Translations under genes and position numbers: made by a program
Notes under the pieces: generated by a model
What the model was told of the DNA's origin: nothing
Databases searched by the model: none
The model's input: the letters and a program-made list of their open reading frames with translations, nothing else
DNA from: Mobula hypostoma
Lineage: Eukaryota
Length of the DNA: 64,000 nucleotides
Assembly (NCBI RefSeq): GCF_963921235.1
Contig: NC_086097.1
Coordinates: 61,258,001-61,322,000 of the forward strand
Direction of reading: 5' to 3'
Shown: in pieces, positions 36,881 to 49,930 of the stretch
Position numbering within the stretch: the stretch's first letter is position 1
Layout of the letters: each line of letters begins with the position of its first letter

Positions 36881-39689
36881 CTAACAGTGAATCAGGACTA
36901 AGGATTTACAGACAACAATAATGCCTCATTGTATACCCAATTATACCTGACCCAGAGGCACTACAGTGAGTAACAAGAGAGAAGGACAGATACAGTCTCA
37001 CTCCTTTCCTTCTTTTCCCTCTTCCTTTTTCCCTATTCCTCCCTACATTTTCTGGCCTCCAGCAGCTTGGCTTGAGAGGTCATCCAACGTAAAAGCAGCT
37101 TAAGAGTCCTGCTGGCATGATCGTATCACTAACACTGCTGATTTATTCTATTCCTTCTGATTGTGTCAGGCATATTCAAAGCTCTTCTTGCTTCAGCCTG
37201 TTTTTCCATGTTTTCACCTCTGGGCCTGGATCATTCCCCAGACCTGATGTTCTCTCAGCAGCAGGCCACGATGAAGTCTGAATTGCTTTTGACATGACAG
37301 CTGCTTTGGCTTGGCTTGTGGGGAACTAGAGCACAATACACTCTTGGCAGGTTTCTTTCTGTAAGTTGAATTATCCAATACTGTGTCCTAGGCCCTAGTT
37401 TAAAAATTCTAATCTTTGTTTTCAAATTCTGCTATGGTTTTGCATTCAGTCCTTCAATTCTCTAATGCTCCTGTGGTTCTTGAACACCCCGGACATCAAC
37501 AGTTTCTTCACTTACAACTATTTCTTCAGCCACCAACTCTTGTTGAACTTTCTCTGCCTCTCTACCTCTCTTTCCTTCCTAAAGATACCCTTTATTATTG
37601 TATCTCTTAGGCTAAAATTTTGTTGTACCTCCTCTGTCTTATTTATTCCTTGTGTGGTTTGATATCAAGTTTTTGTTTAATAATGATGTTATGAAGTGCC
37701 TTGGAACAATTTGTTATATAAATTTCAAGCTGTCATTGTAAAAGTTCAACAGTAGAAAATACATAAATTAATCTATTGGACCAATATCACATAGTAATAA
37801 TATCTTGCCATAATAGCATCCATAAAAAGAGATTTGTTATGCTAAATTAGGAGAGAATTTAAGAATTAAAATGTTAATTCTTATAATTTTAGTCCCAAGT
37901 ATGTTGGTATCGAAGTTCATATTTTTTAATTACATTAATCTTTTAAAAAAATTATAATAACAAATACCACTGCAACATTTAAAGGATGTTAGGAAATATT
38001 TTGAACATAAATTATTCTCAAAGAATCTTCTCTCTACTGTGTTTGTTGAGGACTCGAGAAATCCCACACATGTTGATGCTTTGATATTAAAGACAAAGGA
38101 GCAATTAAAAGATTGTTTTATGTTGTGGCTAGCTGCCACTAATAATTCCACTAGTTGGTGCAAGAAGCATCACATAATTTACTATAACACCCAGCCAGAA
38201 AATTCAGGCATATGATGCCAATTCTCCAACTATTTGGTCAAATGGGAGATAATGACAGATATTGGGCCTTTGATTGCTGGTTTAGCACACTGTGTCAACA
38301 CCACTCCAAAATGAGACCACAAGGCTGTGGATTCAGCTTTGGCCTTCACCTTGTGCCAGTAAATGTATTAATACAGATACGTTATATCAGGTACAAACAT
38401 AATGGCTGACTTTACCAGATACAACAAAGAATGAATAATATGTTGACCCCTCTTGTGAACAGTATTAGCTACCAGCAGTCAGTAATGTCTCAGGTAAGGG
38501 ACAGACAGACACTAGCTAGGATACATTTAAAGATCCCCTCTTCCTTGTGCAAATACTGAAGGCACACTATTCAGATATACACTATGCACCAGTAGACAAA
38601 GTATGTAACACCTTGTTTGACCTGCAGCCATTTCTTTCCTTCAATAGGTTGAATGGGAGAAAAAGTGAGAACCAATGCTTTTATTATCCACAAAGCAGGG
38701 AGATGAGCAGTCTTTCTCTCTGAATATAATCTCATTATATGTTATTTTTGGAGAAAGGTGCATGGCTTGTGCACAAAAGTGACAAGAGAAAATGTCTGAG
38801 GAGAAATTCAGAAGATATGACTTGGGATGTGCTTTTCATGAAGATTTACAATGGTAAGTAAATGTCTACTCCCTTCATTTTCACAGAGCTATTATGCACA
38901 GCCAGATTACAGAATTCATCAGTGTTATCTGTTAAGTGGCTGATTAGCTAATTGAGAAGAGTGAAATAACCATTAATACAATGACTTTCGCTTATATTAC
39001 AGGTGAATCATGACTAACTAGTTTACTTTCACTAATGTAGACAGATTTTGGTTTCATAAAATCAATCACTGAAAAAAAATATACATTTCTATTTTTTTCA
39101 ACTAATACCATGCTAAAAGAAGGGTAACTGGTATCAGTCTTTATGATCTATAAAATTAATTTAGACTGTTGAAATATATTGGGGTTGAAATTAAATAGTT
39201 GAATGCAGGTGGGCAGGCATTTAACACAGTCGTCTGTAATTTGTTATCTGATACTTAGAAAAGGTTGCAAACATTTATTTTATCTTCAGTACCACAGTGA
39301 AAAAGGAAAGTGGAGTGAAATGTGAAGAATGCTCAAAATGTAAGGTGGTGGAAGCAGCTACAAATATGACATTGAAAAGATATTTGAATATTTGCTTGAA
39401 TGGGAAAAGCTTGAGAGCATTGGTGAAAGAACGGAAGGAAGACTGGAACTAATTTGATAGTTTAACACACCCTCAGAAAAACAATGGGCCAAATGGTCCC
39501 CCTCTATGCTTCAAAATCGTGGTGATGTAATTTCAAGGGAAATATCTTCCATGAATAATGCTCTTCACTCCACATGACCTTTATTAATTTAACTTAAGCT
39601 AATTGTCCATTTGTTGGGCCATAAATAGATATAATCCAAAAGGAAAAAAAAGGCACTAGTGGCGCCAAAATCTTCACTTGATATAGAGA

Positions 39690-42600
39690 TATAGAACCAT
39701 AGAGTACCACTGCACAGGAGCAGGCACTTTGGCCGATCTAGTCCATGCCAAAATGTTACTCTGCCTAGTCCCATGAAGTCACACTGGACCATAGTCCTCC
39801 ATACCTCTCCACCCATATACTTATTCAAACTTCTCTTAAGTGTTAAAATTGGATCTTTATCTATCCACTACCTCCGCTGGCCACTCATTCCACACACTCA
39901 CTATCCTCTGAGTGAAGAAGCTCTCCCTCATGTTCCCTTTAAATATTTCACCTTTCACCTTTAACCCATGACCTCTACTTCTCGTCTCACCGAAACTCAA
40001 GATGGTACCGGCGAGCATCTTCCAGGTAGCAAACCTCTGCAACTATTTCACTTTTTCTATGCCTTCTGCCTGTTCTTTTTGTCTTGTTTGTGTTACAGAA
40101 ACCATTGATGCCTGTGACCTACAGTTTGGTACTCAATCAAAGGATCCAGCACAATGCTGTGACCTGGAGAGCTGTCTCTTGGAGATTGTGGGAGGGGGCA
40201 GCATTCAAAAAGGGCCGAGAACACAAGCTGACTCACGGAAAAGACCAGAGATGAGGCACGGGGTCATAAGTAACTCCACCTCGAAGTGGCAAAGGAGGTT
40301 GAAGCATCGAGGTGAATGCAGACGGGATCAATGATGGATCCTAACAGAGATTGTCAGCAGACAGATCAGCAGTGTTCGGACCCGGGTCAGTGATCACTAC
40401 TTACGGAAGGACTGAGCTTGAGCGGCTGGTCTCCTCTTTAGCAGATGAAACGATGTTTTCGATATCCTGAGAGTTATGTAATTATTGGTCTGTATTTTAT
40501 ATTGATTTCCTTCAGTTTTTCGGTGTTTTCTTTCTTGTGGACGATTGGTGGGTGGGTGATCTGTTAATGTTTTGTATGGCGGGGGCTTGGGGGTTTGGGG
40601 CTACTTTTGCTGTTCTTTTCTGTCAGCGAGAGGGTCGGGAATTGATATTGTCAATGTTCACTTCTGTGAGTGAGGGTGTCGAGGTCGTGAACTGTTATTG
40701 TTACTGTTTTTTTTGCTGCAGTGAAGAGGGGTTTGTGAGTTTTGTTCCTTTTCTTTTTCATGCTGGGTAGGGGCTGATGGAGTTGATGTCGTTTCTTTCA
40801 TCAATGCCTATGGTCTTTCTGTATTTAATGGCTACCTGGAGTAGACAAATATCAGAGTTGTATTGCACATGCATACTTTGACAATAAAATGAACCTTTGA
40901 ACCTTTGAACTTTGAGTGGAAAAAGCCTGCTTGCATTTACCCTATCTATGCCCCTCATAATTTTGTATACCTCTATCAAATTACCCCTCATTCTCCTGTC
41001 CTCCAGGAAATAAAGTCCTAACCTATTCTACCTTTCCCTGTTACTCAAGTCCTCAAATCTTGGCATCATCCTTGTAGATTTTCTCCGTTCTCTTTCAATC
41101 CTTTTGACAGTTTTCCTGTAGGTAGGTAACCAAAACTGCACACAATACTGCAAATTTGGCCTCACCAATGTCTTATACAACTGTAAGACAACATTCTAAT
41201 TCCTCTGCTTAATACTTTGATTTATGAAGGGCAATGTGTCAAACCATCTTTTTATGACCCTGTCTACCTGTGATGCCATTTTCAAGATATTATGGATCTG
41301 TATTCCTAGATCCTTTTGTTCTACCACACTCCTCAGTGCCTTATCGCTCTCTGTGTTAAATTCTACACTGGTTTGTTCTGCCAAAGGTCAACACCTCACA
41401 CTTGACTGCATTAAATTCCATCTGCCACTTTTCACCCCATTTTCTAGCTGGTCCAGATCCTATTTCAAGCTTTGTAACCTCCCTTACTGTCCACTATGCC
41501 CTCAGTCTTAGTGCCATTCTCAAATTTTTTGATCCAGTTTACCACATGATCATCCAAATTATTAATATAGATGAAAACAGCATAAACAGCAGCAACTTAT
41601 GGGGCACAACACTAGTCACAGGTTTTCATTTGAAGAGGTAACCATCTACTACCTCTCTCCGGCTTCTCCCACTAAGCTAATGTTGAATCAAATTTACTAC
41701 TTCATCCTGAATGCCAAGTGACTGTCCTATCTGCACCAGTCTCCCAGGCGGGAATTATCAAAGGCCTTGTTAAAATTAGTGTAGACAACATCCAAGTGCT
41801 GCTCCGTGCTCTAAACTCATCTGCCTTACCTACAACGCTTCTTACATTGAAATATTTACACCTTAGAACATGAGTCCCACCATGCTCAACCTTCCAGTTT
41901 CTGGTCTTCGTGTGTAGGCTTAGTATCTATTTTCTCCACAACCTGTCCACTAATACTCCTGTTACTCTGTTTCCTATCCCACTGGAACTCTAGTTTAAAC
42001 TCCCTGGAACAGTACTAGCAAACCTTCCTGCAAGAATATTTACCTGCAGTTCAGGTGCAAATTCTCCCATTTGTACAGGTCCCATCTTCCCCATTAAGAG
42101 AGTCCAATGATCCAAAAATCTGAAGCACTCCCTCCTGCACCATCTTCTTAGCCAGATGTTAAACTGTGTTGTCTTCCTCTTTCTAATTTCTGTAGCATGT
42201 GGCACAGAAAGCACTCCTGAGATCATCACCCTGGATGTCCTGTCCTTTAACTTGACATCTAACTCCCTGAATGCACTTTGCAAGACCTTGTCATCCCTCA
42301 ACCTATGACAATTGTATCAATCTGGACCACAACCTCTGGCTACTTACCCTCCACCTTAAGAATGCCATGGACTCAATTTGAGAGGTTGCTGATCGTGGTA
42401 CCTGGGAGGCAACATAACATCCAGAATCTTGTTCTCATCCACAGAACCTCCTGTCTGTTTCCCTATCCAATAAATCCCCTACCAATACAGCTTTCCTCTC
42501 CTCCCCACTGCCCTTCTGAGCCACAGAGATAGACTCAGTGCTAGAGCTCTGACTGCTGTGCCTTTTATGTGCTAGGTCATTCCCTCCCAGAACTATTCAA

Positions 42601-42900
42601 AATAATATACTTGTTGTTCAAGGGAATGGCGATAAAGTTACCCTGCACTTGCTGCCTATCTCCTTTTCCTTTCCTGATGCTCATCCAGTTACATGTGTTC
42701 TATATATTAGATATAACTACCTCCATGTATCTCCAACCAATTAACCTCTTCATCTCCATGATCCAAAGGTCATTCATCTCCAGTTCCAATTCTGTAATAC
42801 AGCTGGATGCATTTTTTGTAGGTGTTGTCAGGAGGATACTGATGGTCTCCCTGCCTTCCCACATCCTATACGAGCAGTACTCCATTCTACTGCCTGTCAT
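39690..42900 (-). mobile_element. CR1 LINE with internal deletions (ORF1 SGNH esterase to 3' tail)
   Basis: ORF 41990-42301(-) KLKDRTSRVMISGVL…WLRRWCRRECFRFLDHW (CR1 ORF1 esterase), ORF 40758-40991(-) MRGNLIEVYKIMRGIDRV, and tail near 39690. Confidence 0.8.
39999..40915 (+). mobile_element. Non-coding retroposon with a Rex-like tail inserted into CR1
   Basis: Starts near aagatggtaccggcg and ends caataaaatgaacc(tttgaacc)n. CR1 sequence …aactca|gtggaaaaagcc rejoins across it. Confidence 0.65.
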
Positions 42901-43429
42901 TTCGAATGCTCTAATGGAAAAGAAAAAGAGAGAGAGAATTCTATGTGATCTCTAACTGCACAGAAAGTCCTGACAGGTCCCATTCACTTTTTCAATCTGG
43001 TGCTTAAACTCCACAAGCAACTAAGATGTATCTCATTTGATATCCAAAAGCACAGCTAATTCTGTCAGATGTTAAAAGGACATTTATTCATTTGCATATG
43101 CAGAGCACAATTTTGTTTCTTTGAACCATCTTACTGCGTGTGACCGGGAGAGCCTTTTTGCTATGGATGCATTCCAGCAAAGGTTTCTGGAAAGAAAATA
43201 CATCTACTTTAAGAGATCCTAAAGGGACTAGTTGGACACTGCTAGAATAATTCCATTCAGAAGGATAATAAAGTGGCATGGTTAATAGACACTATAATAA
43301 TCTATGTCACTGCTTTTCATAGTCTTTACTTTATCAAGGAACCGTGACTGAGCTGTGTCATGTGTTGTAATCTAATCCACAGACAATTTTGACTCTGCTT
43401 TAGAATTGCTGTTGGTGGTGAAGGTTACC

Positions 43430-43727
43430 ATTACGTCTCCAGCTCCTTCATTCAACCATCTCATGCAGGTTCATCAAGTAGATCACTGCTGTGTCACCTA
43501 CATTGCAAATATATTCCTCTCCCAGCTCCTTACTTCATTCTCCCTCCCCCATCCACTGATGCCTTCAGATTGTCCTCCTTCCCCTCCACCTATCTGCTTA
43601 TTCTGGCATCTTCCCCCTTACTTTCCTGTCCCGATGAAGGGTCTCAGCCTGAAACATCGACTGCTTACTCACTTCCACAGATGCTGCCTGGCCTGCTGAA
43701 TTCTTCCAGTATTTTGTGTGTGTTGCA
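43430..43727 (+). mobile_element. Old Penelope-like tail with a degenerate hammerhead motif
   Basis: tgtcccgatgaagggtctcagcctgaaacatcgactg at 43627-43663, then gatgctgcctggcctgctg. Confidence 0.7.
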
Positions 43728-44504
43728 AATACATTTATCAGTTCATCCATGGGAAAGGATGTTGAACAAGAGAGTCAAGTAAATTTTTTAGAATTTCATA
43801 ATACTTCCAAGTACATGATATTAGTTAATGTTGGTCAATGTAGAGCTCTCAAGGGCACCCATGATATACTTATTCTCTACAAAGAATACCATATTGTTCA
43901 CGAACTGGTGAATGGGCAATACTCTGCAGTAAAGGTCATGGATCTCTCTTCATACACAAGGCAATAAACGTAATTTCTATTTTTAGAAAAAATTTTCTGT
44001 GCCTGGAGTAATAAAATGATGAGTTAAGCTGGCTCTAAAAGACCAAAGCCACATTTCTCTGCTGTGATTAACAATGATCTGATAGCACAAGAATCCTGCA
44101 GCTTTCAAGATTATTTTTGAATGTACATTAATATTTTGAAACTTTGTATGTCTCTTGTTTGACCAGGAGGTACTTATCGTTTTCCTCTAAATACTTTTGA
44201 AAATATTATGGTCTACAACTTTCTTAGTAATAGAGCACTGGAATAAAGCAATAAACTTGATGCTAAGTGCGATAAAACCTGCGGTAAGAAAAATTTACAT
44301 TGGAATTAAAGTACTGAAACATGCCACTTCCTGTAGTCCATGTTGTCTTTTGTGTTCCATATAGTTTTCCTCCTGTTCTTGTTTATTCAATATTATCAGA
44401 ATATCCTTCATTTTGTTATTCTCTATTGCATAATTGTCTCATTTCCCACTCCAGCATTTCAATTTCTGGAATCCATCAGGCCTATCATTAATCCTTCCTC
44501 TTCT

Positions 44505-45482
44505 AATCTACGCAACATCACTGTCATAGGCCGAATCAAAGGTAGTGATGAATCATCATATTGAAAGGAGAAAGAAAATCTGGACGAGTGGTGCCATAAC
44601 AACAACCTTTTAGTCTATGTCAGCAAGATTAAAGAAATGAATATTGACTTCAGGAGAAGGAAACCAGAAGTCCGTGAGCGAGTCCTCATCAGAGAATCAA
44701 ACATGGAGAGGGTCACTAACTTTAAAACTCCTGACGTTATTATTTTGGATAACCTGCCCTGGGTCTAACACATGAGTGCAAAAAAAGCACAAAAGTGCCT
44801 GGACTTCCTCAGGAGTTTGCAAAGATTCAACTTGACATCTAACACTTTGAGAAACTTCTATAGAGAGAGTATATTGACTGTCTGCATCACAGCCTGGTAT
44901 GGAAACACCAGTCCCGTTGAATGGAAAATACTACAAAAACTAGTGGAAACCATCTATTCAATCATGGGAAAAGCACTCCCCACCATTGGGCACATCTACA
45001 TGAAACACTGTTGCAGGAAATTGACATCCATCATCAGGGATGCCTACCAGCCAGGACATGCTCTCTTCTGGCTGCTGCCATCAGGAAGAAGATACAAGAG
45101 TCTCAAGATACACACCACCAGGTTCAGGGGCAGTTACTTCCCCTCAACCATCAGGCTCCTGAACCAAAGGAAATAACTTCACTCAACTTCAATTTCCCCA
45201 TCATTGAAATGTTCCTACAATCTATGGACTGACCTTCAAAGACTCTTCATTTCAGGTTTTTGATATTATTTATTTATTTATTATTATGATTTCTTTCTTT
45301 TTGTGTTTTCACATGTTGTGGTGTTTAGCTCACTGGTTGAACACCCAATTTGGTGCGATCTTTCATTGATTCTGTTATGGTTATTATTCCATAGATTTAC
45401 TGAGTATGCTCACAAAAAAATGAAAATCAGGGTTTTATATGGCAACATGTATGTACTTTGATAATAAATTCACTTTGAACTT
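44505..45482 (+). mobile_element. Rex1/Babar LINE 3' part
   Basis: ORF 44772-45176 KKAQKCLDFLRSL…LRNFYRESILTVCITAWYG…LLPSGRRY…TTRFRGSYFPSTIRLLN; tail ataataaattcactttgaacttt. Confidence 0.85.
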
Positions 45483-45596
45483 TACATACTTTAATTTTGT
45501 TGTTTTACAAAACAATCACATTGTATTCACATGAATGATGATGACCCTCAGTTCTAGCTCACCATTGTCACCACGGACGACGTAATTTTCTAAGAT
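45472..45596 (+). repeat. Left copy of a ~125-bp direct repeat flanking the RLE retrotransposon
   Basis: Aligns with 47007-47132 with about 14 substitutions and 1 indel (manual count). Confidence 0.9.
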
Positions 45597-47006
45597 CCTA
45601 CTAGTCTACGAGGTGCCAATGTCAACAGTGGAGGCTCTAGGGAAGACCATCAGTCAGTTTCTCCGGAGGTGGTTGGGGGTCCCCCTCCTCCGGACCTTAA
45701 GCAGCATTGCCCTGTATGTGCATTCCACAAAGCCGCAGCTCGCCATTAGTGGCTTATCAGAGGAATTCAAAGTCACTCAAGCCAGGGAGATTATGATGTA
45801 CTGAAACTCTTCTGATGTTAAAGTCGCTTCAGCAGGAATCCGCATAAAGACTGGAAGGAAGTGGCAGGCACAGGAAGCTGTTGACAGAGCGGAGGGACAG
45901 CTGTGGCACAACATTTTGGTGGGGGCACTGTGGTGGTGGGGTGGACAGGACTGGGCTGTTTTCCCAAACCATGCTACGATAAAACCCCTGGAAAGGACAA
46001 GCGTCAACTGGTTCAGGACGAGATACGAGCAAAAGTGGAGGAAGAACAATACAGCAAGATGGCCGGCATGTACAAACAAGGAGCCTGGACTAGATGGGAG
46101 CATGTGGAACCTCGCAAGCTCACCTGGACAGAGCTCCGGAGAGCCGAACCATTGCGCATCAAGTTTCTTATCCAGTCAGTTTATGACGTTCTCCCAAGCC
46201 CGGCCAACCTGCACATATGGGGCATGGCAAACACTCCAGCATGTTGACTGTGCCAGAGGAGGAGCACCTTGGAGCATATCCTAAGTTGCTGCCCGAAGGT
46301 GTTGGGAGAAGGGCAATACCGCTGACGCCACGACTAAGGTCTATGGCGGACACAATCAGCCCAGCAATTAAAGATAGCAAAAATCAGCACGCTCCCAAAC
46401 AGTCCATCACCTTTATTAGAGTGGGGGAGAAGGCTCGATATAGTCCTAGCTCCTCAGGAGGGCTTCTTGCCACTGCATAAGACTGGCAGCTCCAAGTCGA
46501 ACGAGGGAGATAGTTCAAGTTCCTAGAGAACATCACAGCCAGTCCGCTCCGCCCAGACATGGTGTTGATATCAGAGTCTACAAAGCAAGTGGTTCTGCTG
46601 GAACTTACTCTTCACCGAGAAGACCGGATTGAGGAGGCCAACGAACGCAAGAGGGCTAAATACACAAATCTTGTTGCAGAATGCTGGAGCAACGGCTGGA
46701 GAGCTCGCTGTGAACCATCCGAAGATGGGTGTTGGGGCTTTGCTGGCTATTCATTACAGCGGACTCTAAAGCTCCTTGCAGTTACAGGACTGCAGTGCAG
46801 AAGAGCCACCAAGAACATTCTGGAGGTTGCTGAAAAGACCTCACGGTGGCTGTGGTTCCGGAGGGTGGATCTGTGGATTAGTGTGCGACTTGGACACAAG
46901 TCGGGGGCTGATCACCCCAGGTGAGGGTGTCTGATGATTAAAGACCTGAAACACCCAATGACCCCGGGTTCATCACTGAAGACATGTCCAGAAGGTGTAT
47001 TTTACA
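45597..47006 (+). mobile_element. HERO/NeSL-type non-LTR retrotransposon with restriction-like endonuclease, 5'-truncated
   Basis: FLRRWLGVP, KTGRKW, QGAWTRWE, IKFLIQSVYDVLPSPANL, a CCHC knuckle (C.LC…TLEHILSCC) and PD-(D/E)xK RPDMVLIS…VVLLELT…ANERKRAKY. Confidence 0.88.
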
Positions 47007-47132
47007 ACTTTGAAATCTACATACTTTAATTTTTTTTATTTTACAAAATAATCACATTGTATTCACATGAATGTTGATGACCCTCAGTGCTATTTCACTA
47101 TTGTCACCTTGGACCACATAATTTTCTAAGAT
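47007..47132 (+). repeat. Right copy of the ~125-bp direct repeat
   Basis: See 45472-45596. Confidence 0.9.
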
Positions 47133-47326
47133 TTATCACATCTTTCAGCCTTAAGGGAACGAAGGTGAGGAATATACACCAGAGATCAACCCAGGTGAGA
47201 GACTATAGTAGTTTTCCTAAAGCAATAAAAAATAATACAAAAAGGATCTCAAATTCAAAAGTCAATTAATTCTGAAGAATGACAAATGGGAAACAAAGGA
47301 AAGCATTAGAATTCACATCCAAGGTT

Positions 47327-48090
47327 AAGATTCAAAGATTCAAAGTGCATTTATTATTAAAGTATGCATATAGTATACAACCCTGAGATTTGTCTTCCTT
47401 ACAGACAGCTGTGAAACAAAGAAAACCCTGGAACCTGTTCAAAGATAAACATCAAACCCCCAACTCCCCAGTGCAAAAAAACAAATTGCACCACTGGCAA
47501 CAAACAAAAATGAGTGAAAAACTCAGAATATAAAGCATAAAATTGAATGAGTCCAGGCATATTTAGTTCAGTTTAGTGTTTGTTATCTGCAGACTACCCT
47601 GATTCAAAGTCCCTCAGAATGCCAACAAAAAAGGAGTAACCAGGAAACAGAAACATATCATAACCTGAACTACAGAGCCTAATTCACAAACCACATTGAA
47701 TAATCCTTACCAAAGACCCAGGTCTCCAACATCATCCTCCAACTGGATTGAGGGTGAGGGGGACTATTCAAAGACAGAGACCTTCCTCCGACAGCAGTGA
47801 GCGAGAGGATAGTAGCTCATGCTGATCACCTGCTCACCTTCTGTACTCGCCTTTGATGATTTCAATCTTGCTCAATGCTTTAATTGGTGGTATCTGCAAG
47901 AAATCGAGGCCATATGCTTCACTTCAATCCTCATGGAAGCCTTTTGGGAAAAAACAAAGCACCAGATTGCTCAATCAGCCCAAAACCACACCACCAAAAT
48001 GTAGTTCACAGTCTCCAATAGTGGAAGAACCACGTTTGAAAGAAAAACATGTAAAAGAAGTGAAAGAAGTAATTCTGTGAACTGTCAGAG
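47327..48090 (-). mobile_element. Non-coding retroposon with a Rex-like tail
   Basis: The tail is the reverse complement of the 40820-40910 type tail (aagattcaaagattcaaagtgcatttatt). Confidence 0.55.
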
Positions 48091-48101
48091 ACATGAAAGG
48101 C

Positions 48102-48313
48102 ACACTCAGTTGCCTTTCACAATCATTCCACTGTCAGAGTTAATTAGATCACATTTCTTCCCCATTCTGATGTTTGATTTTGAAAACAACTGAACCTCTT
48201 GACTATCACTGTATGCTTTATACATTGAGTTTCTGCCACATGATTGGCTGATTAGATACTTATATTAACAAGAAGGTGTACAAGCGTACCTAATAAAGTC
48301 ACCACTGAATGTG
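48102..48313. mobile_element. Tc1-derived MITE-like remnant
   Basis: Degenerate inverted ends acactcagttgcc … caccactgaatgt; the right end resembles 14308-14330. Confidence 0.5.
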
Positions 48314-48829
48314 CCTTTCATGTCTCCTAAAGCATTTCCAATCCCAAGTTTCGCAATCTACTGAAGCATAAGAGTGTGTTCCCTGAAGAACTTCATATAA
48401 TCTTACCCAAGGCAACCTGATGAGGCCACAAGTAACATAATTATGATTAATGTCAATTTATATTGGCAGTAAGACTCTTAAATTCTTAAAGACTCGAATG
48501 AAGTAATTCTTATCTTTTAATCTGAAAATTATATTTATCTGTGCGCTTATCCCAGCAAAGTTTAATTATGATAGACATAGGAGAGACTACACTTATTTAC
48601 TGCTGTTATCTCAAATGTATTGGAATAGTATTTCCTGTTAAATAGTACACTTCATATCTTAAAACATTGCTAAGTGAAACACAAATTTGGAAACAAAGCA
48701 ACTATTAATTTAAGAAAAATGTGGTTCCAAGGTATTCCTCCTGATAAACAAATATTCAACAACAATAACCAAATGGAATTATAGGTTTAGTCCCTTGGCA
48801 TTCAGGATGAGATAATAAATGGGATTAGA

Positions 48830-49682
48830 CATTGACTGAAAAATGGCAGATGCAATGTAATGCAGACAAGTGTGAGGTTTTGTATTTAGGTGGGACCACA
48901 CATGGTAGGTCTTACACAATGAATCGTAGGGCACTGAGAAGTGTAGTAGAACAAAGGGATCTGGGAATACAGGTACATAATTTGTTGAAAGTGGCATCAC
49001 AGGTAGATAGGGTCATATAGAAAACTTTTGGCACATTGGTCTTCATAATAAATGTATTGAGCACGGAAGTTGGGATGTTTTGTTGAAGTTGTATAAGACA
49101 TTGTTCAGGCCTAACTTGGAGTTTTCTGTGCACTTTTGGTCACCTACTTGCAAGAAAAAATTAAAAAAGTTGAAAGAGTGCAGAGAAAATTTACAAGGAT
49201 ATTGCCAAGTCTGGAGGACCTGAGTTAAAAGGAAAGATTGAATAGTTTAGCACTGTATTATTTAGAACATAAGCACTGTATTATTTAGAACATAGAAGAT
49301 TGAGAATAGATTTGATAGGAGTATACAACATTATGAGTGGTGTTGATAAGGTAAATACAAGTAGGCTTTTTCCACTGAGGTTATGTGGGACTACAACCAG
49401 AGGTCATGGGTTAAAGGTGAAAGGTGAGAAGTTTAAGGGGAACATGGGGAAAACTTCTTTACTCAGAGGGTCATAGGAGTGTGGAATTATCTGCCAGCAC
49501 AAGTGGCGCATGCAAGCTCGATTTCAGCATTTAAGAGAAGTTTGGATAAGTACATGGATAGTAGGGATATGAAGGACAATGGTCCCAGTGCAGGTCAATG
49601 GAAGTAGGCTGTTTAAATGGTTTTGGCTGCAGATGGGCTGCAGAGCCTGTCTCTTTGCTGTACTGCTGTATGACTCTATGAT
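48830..49682 (+). mobile_element. CR1 LINE 3' fragment
   Basis: EKWQMQCNADKCEVLYLG…QRDLGIQVH; tail ctgtatgactctatga. Confidence 0.85.
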
Positions 49683-49694
49683 TAAATGTTATTC

Positions 49695-49930
49695 CTCACT
49701 CTGATGAAGGATTTCCAACCAGATGTCTTCCCACACATGCAGCCTGAACTGTTTTTGTTGTAGATTTCCGGCATCTGTGTTTTTATTCTCTAACCTATTC
49801 CTATGTTACAAGTTTCTATGAGGCTCAGTTACAACACAAAAACTGCTATAAAATCATACCAGGCCAGGCAGCATCTATGAAAGGAAATGGACAGTTGATG
49901 TTTTGGATCGAGACCCTTTATCTGGACTCA
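49695..49930. mobile_element. Two old Penelope-like tail remnants, tail to tail
   Basis: ctgatgaagg…agatttccggcatctg on the plus strand and caggccaggcagcatctatg…cgagacccttt on the minus strand. Confidence 0.5.
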
